Origin: an uncultured Gemmatimonadales bacterium
GTDB lineage: Bacteria; Gemmatimonadota; Gemmatimonadetes; Longimicrobiales; RSA9
Reading direction: 5' to 3'
DNA: 64,000 nt
NCBI GenBank assembly: GCA_963816355.1
Contig: CAWFKH010000003.1
Span: 928,001-992,000, forward strand
Under the pieces are notes generated by a model, which did no database searches, was not told the origin of the DNA, and saw only the letters and a program-made list of their open reading frames with translations. The translations under genes and the position numbers were made by a program. Below, one piece after another: positions 51,974 through 64,000 of the stretch (position 1 is the first letter of the stretch; each line of letters begins with the position of its first letter).

Positions 51974-52960
51974 ATGATCATGAAATATACATCTCTTATG
52001 ATAGTCCTCCTCGTCCTCGCGGCCCCCGTGCGCGCGCAGACCGTCCAGGTCCGCGAGCTGTGGCACACGAAGGGGCCGCCGGGCGAGCAGTTCTCTTTCG
52101 TGGCGGGGGTCGCGGAAGGCCCCGACGGACACATCTGGATCTCCGACTCACGCAACGGACAGGTACTCTCGATCGCGGGAGACGGCTCGGCGGCGGCAGA
52201 CTTCTCCGCAGCGGCAACGGCCCCGGTGAGGTCGATCATCCGGCCTTCCTCGTTCCAAGGCCGGAGGGAGGCATCGCGCTCTACGACAACAGCCACAACG
52301 GCACGCTCCTCTTCGGCCCCGATGGTGCGATTCGTGCGGCTTGTGCGGTTTCCCTTCTACGTCATCAATCCGAAAGGTTTCGCGGTCCTGGAGAACGGGG
52401 ACCTCCTCGTCAGCGGCGGCGTCCCGGCGAGGTCCACGGCGATGCACCGCTTCGACGCGCAGGGCAAGCTCGTCGCCGAATGGTACGACGTGCCGAAGAC
52501 GGAGGACCCGAGGGCCGGCTGGTACGTCGCCGGCGGCGCCCTCTCCGCGGCCAGCGGCCACAGCTTCCTCTTCTCCCAGGCCGCACCGCACCTCATCCTC
52601 CGCTACCACCCCGACGGCCGCGCCGACACGCTCGCCGCCGATCCCTCGATCCTCGATCCGATCGGCGACGACTTCATGATCAAGGGGCCCACGTCGACCC
52701 GCTTCCGCTGGTTCTTCCCCCAGTCGCGCGGCGTCTTCGAGCTGGCGGACCATCGCATCCTCAATGTCATCACCATCCGCCGCGAGTACCGCTCCATCTG
52801 GCAGGTATACTCGCCCGCGGGAAACCTTCTCGCCCAGACGACGCTGCCGCGCGGCTACGTCGTCTGGAACCTCGCCCGCAACGGCGACCTCCTCGCCTCC
52901 TACCAGGACCCCGACACCGACGAGGACGTCGTGGCGCGTCTGCGCATGCGCGTGCGATGA
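51974..52960 (+). CDS. Secreted six-bladed beta-propeller protein, paralog 2, with a pair of compensating frameshifts (about 52195 and 52330)
   Basis: Signal peptide ...AAPVRA/Q; the segment homologous to paralog 1 (GNGPGEVDHP...LLFGPDG) sits in a shifted frame. Confidence 0.8.
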   Translation: MIMKYTSLMIVLLVLAAPVRAQTVQVRELWHTKGPPGEQFSFVAGVAEGPDGHIWISDSRNGQVLSIAGDGSAAADFSAAATAPVRSIIRPSSFQGRREASRSTTTATTARSSSAPMVRFVRLVRFPFYVINPKGFAVLENGDLLVSGGVPARSTAMHRFDAQGKLVAEWYDVPKTEDPRAGWYVAGGALSAASGHSFLFSQAAPHLILRYHPDGRADTLAADPSILDPIGDDFMIKGPTSTRFRWFFPQSRGVFELADHRILNVITIRREYRSIWQVYSPAGNLLAQTTLPRGYVVWNLARNGDLLASYQDPDTDEDVVARLRMRVR

Positions 52961-53032
52961 AGTGTCCGCGGCGCGATTTGGACGGTTCCGCAACCCCATG
53001 CTGCGGCCGCGCGCATCAGTGAGGGAAGGCGC

Positions 53033-53300
53033 GTGATCGTGCTACGCAGCGGCGCAGCACACGGCTACCGAATCGGCCAGTTCGCCGTTCGGCTGCGATT
53101 TCTCCTGCGGATCGCGACGGTGCTCTGCGGAATGGCCTTCCTTGCCTGCCACGCCGAGCGGAGCGGCCGGACTCCCGGCAGCAACTTCTTCCGGCTGCAC
53201 GGCGAATTCGCGATCCAGCAGGACTCCGACCACCTGCTCGCTGCGCCTGTCCCGCTGCTCCGATCCGGCGTCGTAGCCGCCTTGCTGCACTTCGTGCCGA
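53033..53300 (+). pseudogene. Probable 5' remnant of a further lipoprotein (propeller-like N-terminus)
   Basis: Lipobox-like MAFLAC then FRLHGEFAIQQDSDHLLAAP; coding character is lost afterwards. Confidence 0.35.
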
Positions 53301-53509
53301 CAGCGCGTCAGCGCCGGCCGTGTTACTGTATTCCTAGTAATTCGCGTTCCCCTACCCGGTCGAGACGCGTATTCCGTCGCGCGAGATTGCACGAACCACG
53401 GCGGTGGCCGATCGTGTCGGATCGAGTTACTGTGTAGATAGTAGAAGCAACCTGCCCGGCCGCGGCGGCGTCCCACGTACGGTTCAGGTCCTTTCTCCAG
53501 CGGGTATCC

Positions 53510-54715
53510 ATGAAGATCACGCGTCGTGCGCTCGTGACCGCAGCGGTCAGCATCGTCGTCGTGGGGGTGCTGGGCGCCGGCGTGTACGCGCGCATCGCGG
53601 CCTCGCGGAGCGCGCAGGAGGGGGCGCAGGGAAGCGATCGGGGGGCCGCGGCGGAGGGCGTGGCGACGTCGGCGTCGGGCACCTTCTCGACGGAGGTGCC
53701 GGTGCCGGTGGAGGGCGCGCGCGCGGTGAAGGACACGCTGGTGCTGTCGGTGACGGCGTCGGGCGAGGCGGCGCCGAACCGGGAGACGAAGCTGCTGGCG
53801 CGCCTGGAGGGGCCGGTGATGGGCGTCGCGGTGCGGGAAGGCGAGGGGATCGCAGCGGGCGCGGCGCTGGTGGCGCTGGACACGACGGAGTACGCGCTGG
53901 CGGTGCGCGAGGCGGCGGCGCACCTGGAGCAGGCGCGGGCGACGTATCGCGAGCAGACGCTCTTCGACGACCGGATCGCGGACGCGTCGGTGCGCGCGGA
54001 GCGGGAGCGGGTCGCGCGCGCGAAGAGCGGGCTGGACGCCTCGGAGGTCCAGCTCGAGAAGGCGCGACTGGACCTGCGGCGCACGCGCGTGAGGGCGCCG
54101 TTCGGCGGGCGGGTCGCGTCGCTCGAGGTGGTGCCGGGGCAGTGGGTGCGGGCGGGGGACCCGCTGGTGAACGTGGTCGATCTGGACCCGATCCGGGTCG
54201 AGGTGCGGGTGCTGGAAGGCGAGGTGGGCTGGCTGCGGCCGGGCGCGCGGGCGCAGGTCACGTTCTCCGCCTTCCCGGGCGAGACGGTCGAGGGCCGCAT
54301 CGCGACCGTGAATCCGCTCGTCGAGGGGGATACGCGCACGGCGCGGGTGACCGTGCTGGTGCCGAACCACGAGCACCGATTCCTGCCCGGGATGTACGCG
54401 CGCGTCGCGCTGGCCGCGCGTCGCTTCCCGGACCGCATCCTGGTGCCGCGCTCGGCGATCCTCGAGCGGGACCGGCGCACCATGCTCTTCGTCTTCGAGC
54501 CGAGCCCGGACGACTCGACCGTGGGCCTCTCGAAGTGGCGCTACGTGACCACAGGCCTGCAGAACGACTCGCTGGTCGAGATCGTCCCCGGCGACGGCAC
54601 CGACATGGTCGAGCCGGGCGAGACCGTGCTGACCGGCGGCCACTACACGCTGATCCACGACGCGCACGTGCGTCTCGTCGCCGACGCGGACACCGCCGGC
54701 GGGAGGGGCTCGTGA
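53510..54715 (+). CDS. RND efflux periplasmic adaptor (MFP)
   Basis: N-terminal TM, VPVEG, RAPFGG.V, GRIATVNP, LPGMYA, VPRSAI. Confidence 0.92.
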   Translation: MKITRRALVTAAVSIVVVGVLGAGVYARIAASRSAQEGAQGSDRGAAAEGVATSASGTFSTEVPVPVEGARAVKDTLVLSVTASGEAAPNRETKLLARLEGPVMGVAVREGEGIAAGAALVALDTTEYALAVREAAAHLEQARATYREQTLFDDRIADASVRAERERVARAKSGLDASEVQLEKARLDLRRTRVRAPFGGRVASLEVVPGQWVRAGDPLVNVVDLDPIRVEVRVLEGEVGWLRPGARAQVTFSAFPGETVEGRIATVNPLVEGDTRTARVTVLVPNHEHRFLPGMYARVALAARRFPDRILVPRSAILERDRRTMLFVFEPSPDDSTVGLSKWRYVTTGLQNDSLVEIVPGDGTDMVEPGETVLTGGHYTLIHDAHVRLVADADTAGGRGS

Positions 54716-56181
54716 GCGGACGCCTCCGGCCGCGGGATCGCTTCCGGCCGCGGGTTCGGTTCCGGCCGCGGGTTCGCCTCCGGGCGGCCGCCTGGGCGGC
54801 GGCGCTGCCGATCGCAGCTGCCTGCATCGCGCCGCCGGCCGCCTCGGCGCAGACGAGCGGTGCGCCGGTCGCCGCCGCCGCCCCCGACACCGCCGCCCTG
54901 CCCGACACGCTGACGCTCGCCGGCGCGCTCGCGCTGGCGGAGCGCTACAATCCGGACTACCGCGGCGCCGCCGCGGCGGTGCGTTCGGCGGCGATGCAGG
55001 TCCGCGCCTCGTACGGCGGCTTCCTGCCCACGCTGCGCGCCGCGCTGTCGACCGGCGGGGCGGCGACGCGCGCGCTCTCCGGCACGGATTTCTTCGGCCA
55101 GCCGATCCCGTCGGACTCGCTGCGGGTGAACCGCTCCAGCTCGACGTCGCAGTCGCTCAGCCTGTCGCTCCCGCTCTTCTCGGGCGGACGCCGCTTCTCC
55201 GAGCTGTCGAGCGCGCGCGCGTCGCGCGACGCGGCCGGCGCGGCGGCGGCGGCGGCGCTCGCGGAAGCGCGCTCGGCGGTCGAGACCGCCTACTACCAGA
55301 CGCTGAACGACCGCGCCCTGCTCGTGCTGCAGGACACGCTGCTCGCGGCGGCGCGGGAGCGGCTGGACGCGACGCAGCGGCTGCTGGCGGTGGGCGCGCG
55401 CGACCCGGTCGACGTGCTCGGCGCGCAGGTGGACGTGGCGACGGAGGAGCAGGCGCGCGCGGCGGCGCGCGGCCGCCTCGAGCAGGACCGGCTCGCGCTG
55501 GCGCGCGCAGTCGGCGTGTCCGGTGAAGCGAGGTTCGCGCTGCCGGCGGGCGCGGAGCTGCCGGTGTTCGATCCGGACTCGCTGGACGCGGAAGCGCTCG
55601 TAGCGCGCGCCCGCGACGCGAGTCCGGACGTGATCGCGGCGGCGGCGCGGGAGCGCGCGGCGGCGGAGAACGCGGACGCGGCGCGCGCGGGCCGCTGGCC
55701 GAGCGTCGTCGCGAGCGCGGGCTTCAACCGGTCGACCTCCGCCAGCGACTACGCCGCGCTCTTCGATGGCGGCGCGTTGAACCGCGGCTTCACCTTCGGC
55801 GTGAGCGTGGACGTGCCGCTCTTCAGCGGCTTCCAGACGTCGGCGCGCATCGCGCAGGCGGAGGCGGCGGCGACGCAGGCGTACGAAGCGTCGCGGGGGC
55901 GGCGGCTGCAGGTGGAGGCGGACGCGCGGCGCACGCTGATCGACCTGCGGAACCAGTACGAGGCGGTGCGCCTCGCGGACCGCTCGGCCGGGCTGGCGCG
56001 CGAGCGCGTGGAGCTGGGGCAGCAGCGCTACCGCGCCGGCGGCCTCGGTTTCACGGAGCTGCAGCAGATGATCACGCAGGCGGCGTCGGCGGAGCGCGGT
56101 GCGATCGCGGCTCGCTTCGCCTTCGCCAACGCGCTGGTCCGGCTCGAGCGCCTGGTCGGCGAGCCACCGGCGGCGCGGTGA
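54712..56181 (+). CDS. TolC-family outer membrane factor
   Basis: LTLAGALALAERYNP, FLPTL, LSLPLFSG, VPLFSGF, YRAG; GTGA overlap. Confidence 0.9.
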   Translation: MSGRLRPRDRFRPRVRFRPRVRLRAAAWAAALPIAAACIAPPAASAQTSGAPVAAAAPDTAALPDTLTLAGALALAERYNPDYRGAAAAVRSAAMQVRASYGGFLPTLRAALSTGGAATRALSGTDFFGQPIPSDSLRVNRSSSTSQSLSLSLPLFSGGRRFSELSSARASRDAAGAAAAAALAEARSAVETAYYQTLNDRALLVLQDTLLAAARERLDATQRLLAVGARDPVDVLGAQVDVATEEQARAAARGRLEQDRLALARAVGVSGEARFALPAGAELPVFDPDSLDAEALVARARDASPDVIAAAARERAAAENADAARAGRWPSVVASAGFNRSTSASDYAALFDGGALNRGFTFGVSVDVPLFSGFQTSARIAQAEAAATQAYEASRGRRLQVEADARRTLIDLRNQYEAVRLADRSAGLARERVELGQQRYRAGGLGFTELQQMITQAASAERGAIAARFAFANALVRLERLVGEPPAAR

Positions 56182-56194
56182 AGGCGCGCGCCTG

Positions 56195-59100
56195 ATGTCG
56201 CTGCCGCGCCGCTCGATCGGCCGTCCCGTCGCCGTCTCGATGCTTTTCGTCGCGGCGGCCTTCCTCGGCGCCATCTCGTTCCGCCGCCTGCCCATCGACC
56301 TGCTGCCGCAGATCGCCTATCCGAAGCTCGTCGTGCTCACGCGCTACGAGAACGTGGGCCCCTCCGAGATCGAGCGTTTCGTCACCGAGCCGATCGAGCA
56401 GGAGGTCAGCGCGGTGCCGGGCGTCGAGCGGGTCGAGAGCGCCTCGCGCGACGGCCTCTCCGTCGTCACGCTGCGCTTCGCGTGGGGCACCGACATGGAC
56501 TTCGCCGCGCTGAACGTGCGCGAGAAGCTGGACAACCTGCGCGACCGCCTGCCGGAGCGCGCAGAGCGGCCGGCGGTGCTGCGCACCGACCCCGCCGCCG
56601 AGCCGATCCTCGCCATCAGCGTCGCCGGCAAGGGCGACCTGTGGACGCTCGAGGACCTCGCCGAATCCGTCTTCCGCCGCCGCCTCGAGCAGATCGACGG
56701 CGTCGCGCAGGCGGCCGTCACCGGCGGCCTCGAGCGCGAGATCCACGTCGACGTCGATCCCGCGCGCCTCGAGGCGCAGGGACTCACGCTCGACGACGTC
56801 GCCTCCGCGCTCGACGCGGCGAACGTCAGCGCCCCCGGCGGCACGGTGCGCCGCGGCCGCTACCGCTACGCCGTGCGCACCCTCGGCGAGCTGGCGGGGG
56901 TGGACGAGATCGGCACCGTCCTCATCCGCCCCTCGGCGGCGCCGGACTCCGCCGCCGTGCCGGTTCCGCTGCGCGACGTCGCGCGCATCGAGGACGGCTT
57001 CCGCGACCGCGAGTCCGTCGCCCGCTACGACGGCAGGGAAGCGGTCGGCCTGCTCGTCTACAAGGAGTCCGGCGCGAACACGGTGCGCGTGGCGCGGCGC
57101 GTGGACGAGGTGCTCGCGCAGCTCCGCGCCTCCTACCCGGACGTCGACCTCGCCGTCGCGACCAGCCAGGCCGGCTTCGTCGCCACCGCCATCGCCAACG
57201 TCGTGCAGGCGCTGCTGTGGGGCGGCATCCTCGCCTTCCTCGTGCTCATCCTCTTCCTGCGCGACGTGCGCTACCCGATCGCCATCGCGCTCGCGATCCC
57301 GATCTCCGTCGTCGTCACCTTCGCGCTGCTCGACGCCGCCGGCATCTCGCTCAACGTGATGACGCTCGGCGGCCTCGCGCTCGGCGTCGGCATGCTGGTG
57401 GACAACTCGATCGTCGTGCTCGAGAACGTCTTCCGCCATCGCGAAGCGGGAGGCGCCGCGGTCGAGTCGGCCGCCGTCGGCGCCGAGGAGGTGCAGGGCG
57501 CGATCACCGCCTCCACGCTCACGACGATCGCCGTCTTCGGCCCGATCGTCTACGTGGAAGGTGTGGCCGGCGAGCTGTTCGGCGCGCTCTCGCTCGCCGT
57601 CACGTTCTCGCTGCTCGCCTCGCTCGTCGTCGCGCTCACGCTGCTGCCCACCATGGCCGCGCGCTGGAAGGGCGACGTCGCCGCCTCCGCCGGCCGGCGC
57701 CGCGGCTTCCTCCGCCGCCCGCTCGAGGCGTTCGACCGCGCCTTCGAACGCTTCACCGCGGCGTACGAGAGGTCGCTCGCGTGGTCGCTCGCGCACCCCG
57801 GCCGCGTGCTGCTCGCGTGCGCCGCGCTGCTCGTCGTCGCGGGCGCCGTCGGAGTCGGCCTGCGACGCGACGTGCTGCCGCACGTCGACCAGGGCGAGTT
57901 CGACGTGCGCCTCACGCTGCCGCGCGGCACCCCGCTCGAGCGCACCGCGGACGCCGCGACGCGGCTCGAATCGATCCTGCGCGCGGATCCCGCCGTGGCG
58001 GCCGTCTTCACGCGCGTCGGCCGGCAGGCGGCGGTGCAGGGCTACGAGGACGAGGAGAGCGGCCTCAACACCGCGCTGCTCTCGGTGCGGCTGAAGCAGG
58101 GGGCGCACACCGCGCCGGCGCTGTCGCGGATCCGTCCGCGGCTCGGCGCGTTCCCGCCCGGCGAGGTGGCGATCGAGACGGGGACGGCGACGGCGCTCGG
58201 CCGCATTCTCGGCGGCGGCGAGGCGGACCTCTCGGTGCGCGTGAGAGGAGAGGATCTGGACGGCGCGCTGGCGTACGCGAACCGGGTCGCGACGCGGCTG
58301 CAGCGCGTCGCGCAGCTCGGCAACGTGCGCCTCGGCACCGAGCTGGGGCAGCCGGAGGTGCGCGTCGAGGTGGACCGCGAGCGCGCGGCTTCGTACGGCA
58401 TCGAGGCGCGTCGCGTCGCGGACGTCGTGCAGGCGGCGATGCAGGGAAAGGTCGCGACGCGCCTGGCGGACTTCGACCGCCGCATCCCGGTCGTGGTGCG
58501 GCTGCCGGATTCGGAGCGCCACTCGCTCGACGCGCTCGGCGCGCTGCGCATCGACGGCGTGCCGGTGCGCGACCTCGTGCGCACCGTGGAGGCGACGGCG
58601 CCGGCGGAGATCCGCCGCGTCGACCAGAACCGCGAGGTGTCGGTGCTCGCCGACGTCGTCTCCGGCGGCGTGAGCGGCGCGACGGCGGCGGTCGAGGATG
58701 CGCTCGCCGCGCTGCCGCCGCCGCACGGGCTGGGCGTGCGCGTGGGCGGCGAGAACGAGGAGCTGCGGCAGGGCTTCCGCGCGCTCGGCTTCGCCTTCCT
58801 GCTCGCGCTGCTGCTCGTCTACATGATCCTCGCCGCGCAGTTCGAGTCGCTGCTCCACCCGTTCGTCGTGCTGCTCACCGTGCCGCTCGGCGTGCTCGGC
58901 GCACTGCTCGCGCTCGGCGTCACCGGCGCCGGCCTGAACACGCTGAGCCTGATCGGCATCGTCGTCCTCGTCGGCATCGGCGTGAACGACGCAGTGGTGA
59001 AGGTGGACTTCGTCAACCAGGCGCGCGCCCGCGGCCTGAACGTGCGCGACGCGCTGCTCGCCGCCGGCCACGCGCGGCTCCGCCCGATCCTGATGACCAC

Positions 59101-59442
59101 CGTCACGACGCTGCTCGGCGTGCTGCCGATGGCGCTCGGACTCGGACGAGGCGGTGAGCTGCAGCGGCCGCTCGCGATCGCCGTCTTCGGCGGCCTGCTC
59201 ACCGCGACCGCGCTCACGTTGATCGTGATCCCCGTCGCCTACGAGTTGGCGGAGAAGGCGCGCGAGCGGCTGCGCGTCGCGACCGGCGTCGACCTCGCGG
59301 GCGCCGGCTGGCTGTCGCGGCTGCGACGACGCGGACGCGACGGAGTCGGCCCCTCGGCCGGCCTCGCGGCGCACCGCGGCAACGACGCCGCGGCGCCGGG
59401 CGTCGTCGTCCTCGGTCCGGCCGTCGAGGGGGACGGCGAGCG

Positions 59443-59446
<4 letters not shown>
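56195..59446 (+). CDS. AcrB/AcrD/AcrF-family RND permease 1
   Basis: RPVAVSM, LPIDLLP, GMLVDNSIVVLEN, QFESL.HP, RLRPILMT. Confidence 0.95.
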
Positions 59447-62587
<3,141 letters not shown>

Positions 62588-62598
<11 letters not shown>

Positions 62599-62671
62599 AA
62601 CGCCCCCGGGCCCGCGAGCGTGAAACGCCCCCGGCTCCGCGAGCGTGAAACGCCCCCGGCTCCGCGAGCGT
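62588..62671. repeat. 25-bp tandem repeat CGCGAGCGTGAAACGCCCCCGG(GCC/CTC), 3 full units plus a partial
   Basis: Units at 62588, 62613, 62638 and 62663; the first contains the permease stop codon. Confidence 0.9.
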
Positions 62672-62703
62672 AGAAGAAGCAGAAACCCCGGACCGGAGAC
62701 CGG

Positions 62704-63360
62704 ATGGCCCTCTCGCCGCGCACGCGTCGCCTCGCGCTCTTCGCCGCCACGGCGGTGGGGATCGTGCTGCTGTGGAACACCCCGATCCTCTACCCCCTGC
62801 GGATCTTCGTGGTGCTGCTCCACGAGGCGAGCCACGGCCTCGCCGCTCTGGCGACCGGGGGCCGCATCGAGCGCATCGTGCTGACCCCTGACGAGGGGGG
62901 CTTCACGTACACGCGCGGCGGCAACGCCTTTCTCACGCTGTCGGCCGGCTATCTCGGCAGCCTCGCCTGGGGCGTCGCGATCCTGGCCGCAGCCCGCTCC
63001 CGCCGCGCCGGCATCGTCGCCATGGCCCTCGGCGTCGGCGTGCTCGCGTTGACCGCGCTCTACGTCCGCAGCCTCTTCGGCTTCGCCTTCGGGCTCCTCT
63101 TCGGCGCCGTGCTGCTGATCGGCGGCCGCACCCTGCCGCATCGCGCCGTCGCGTGGCTGCTCCTGGTGGTCGGGCTGACGAGCTGCATGTACGCCACGCT
63201 CGACATCAAGAGCGACATTCTGGAGCGCCCCGGCATGCCCTCCGACGCCCGCCTCCTCGCCCAGATGACCCACATCCCCGTCGTCGTCTGGGGCGTGCTG
63301 TGGATGGCGATCGCCCTCGCCGTAAGCTGGACCCTCTTCCGCCGCGCCCTGCGAACCTAA
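62704..63360 (+). CDS. M50B-like membrane metallopeptidase
   Basis: LLHEASHGL, AGYLG, SDA..LA motifs; multiple TMs. Confidence 0.88.
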   Translation: MALSPRTRRLALFAATAVGIVLLWNTPILYPLRIFVVLLHEASHGLAALATGGRIERIVLTPDEGGFTYTRGGNAFLTLSAGYLGSLAWGVAILAAARSRRAGIVAMALGVGVLALTALYVRSLFGFAFGLLFGAVLLIGGRTLPHRAVAWLLLVVGLTSCMYATLDIKSDILERPGMPSDARLLAQMTHIPVVVWGVLWMAIALAVSWTLFRRALRT

Positions 63361-63465
63361 CCCCCAGACCCCCAGACCCCCCGCAGACCCCCGAACCCCA
63401 CACCCCCCCGCAGACCCCCTCCCCAGACCCCAGACCGATTCACCCACCCACCTCCATCCCAACCC
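63361..63465. repeat. C-rich low-complexity tract (CCCCAGA-like units)
   Basis: Many C runs between convergent stop codons. Confidence 0.8.
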
Positions 63466-64000
63466 TCAAAATACCGATATCTTCGGCTTGTACTTCCCCG
63501 GCTCCTTCCTCACATCCTCGATCAGCGTCTGCAGATCCACCACCGCCTTCAGGAGCTGTTCGTAGAGCGCCGGATCGTTCATGAGGCGGGCCATCGTCCC
63601 GTCGCCCCCCTCCACGGCGCCGAGCACGCGGTTGAAGGAGACGAGCGCGGAATCGAGCGCCCCGACGGTGCCGACCGCGCGGTCGTAGAGCGCCGGATCG
63701 TGCAGCAGCTTGCCGAGTGTGCCGTCGCCGTTCAGGGCGACGGCGGTCAGCGTGTCGACGCGCGCGATCGCCGCGGCGGCGTGGTCGTAGAGCGCGGGGT
63801 CGTGGACGAGGCGGCCGAGCGTGCCGTGCGGGTCCTGGATCTGGCGCAGCACGTCGGCGAGCTCCGAGGTGGCGGACGTCATCTGGAGGTAGAGCCCGTC
63901 GTCCTGGAGCAGCCGTCCGACGGTGCCGCGACCGCCGGCGATGGCCGCGGTGACGCGGTGCAGGTCCCCGACCACCAGACGCGCGCTGTCGAGCGCGCTG
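63466..64000 (-). CDS. MlaD/MCE-family protein, C-terminal part (5' end outside the window)
   Basis: Repeated GTLG.L..DPALY helices and terminal L..L..DVRK.P.KY...ISVF. Confidence 0.85.
   Translation of the reverse strand, partial: SALDSARLVVGDLHRVTAAIAGGRGTVGRLLQDDGLYLQMTSATSELADVLRQIQDPHGTLGRLVHDPALYDHAAAAIARVDTLTAVALNGDGTLGKLLHDPALYDRAVGTVGALDSALVSFNRVLGAVEGGDGTMARLMNDPALYEQLLKAVVDLQTLIEDVRKEPGKYKPKISVF

Noticed and set aside
47541..53001. Integrative island or integron with att sites
   Set aside because: No integrase or recombinase and no attC-like structure seen; kept only as a repeat-bounded cassette.
54721..54790. 18-bp repeats at the TolC 5' end as a regulatory element
   Set aside because: Adequately explained as in-frame slippage in the signal-peptide n-region (RFRPRV repeats).

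Overview
Very GC-rich bacterial DNA. Gene families (BTAD-TM-TPR regulator, 'ELKRRRVFRV' TPR protein, PadR plus permease-prefix protein, six-bladed beta-propellers, Ig-repeat lipoprotein) suggest Gemmatimonadota; this is an inference. The window holds many peptide-catabolism genes (pepT, POT transporter, S9/S10/M1/M50B/DUF2268 peptidases, AGCS symporter) and a copper-resistance block (CopA, YHS, CusCBA) with a distant OmpR-type two-component pair. It also has a NemR-like TetR and a PadR module. At 47.5-63.4 kb lies the best candidate for an undescribed system: an atypical AraC-like regulator, two mosaic secreted beta-propeller paralogs plus two fragments, a small secreted six-Cys peptide gene next to an IS1380 element, and an MFP-TolC-two-permease RND exporter followed by an M50B peptidase. 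Read directly from the sequence: one operator-like motif in front of copA/YHS, cusCBA and the response regulator; two NemR boxes, one before an uncharacterised secreted protein; a possible tandem ependymin/LolA-fold protein; and an unannotated twin-CxxC lipoprotein. Several single-base indels could be assembly errors or real decay. No rRNA, tRNA or CRISPR array was recognised. All family assignments come from motif recognition, not database searches.
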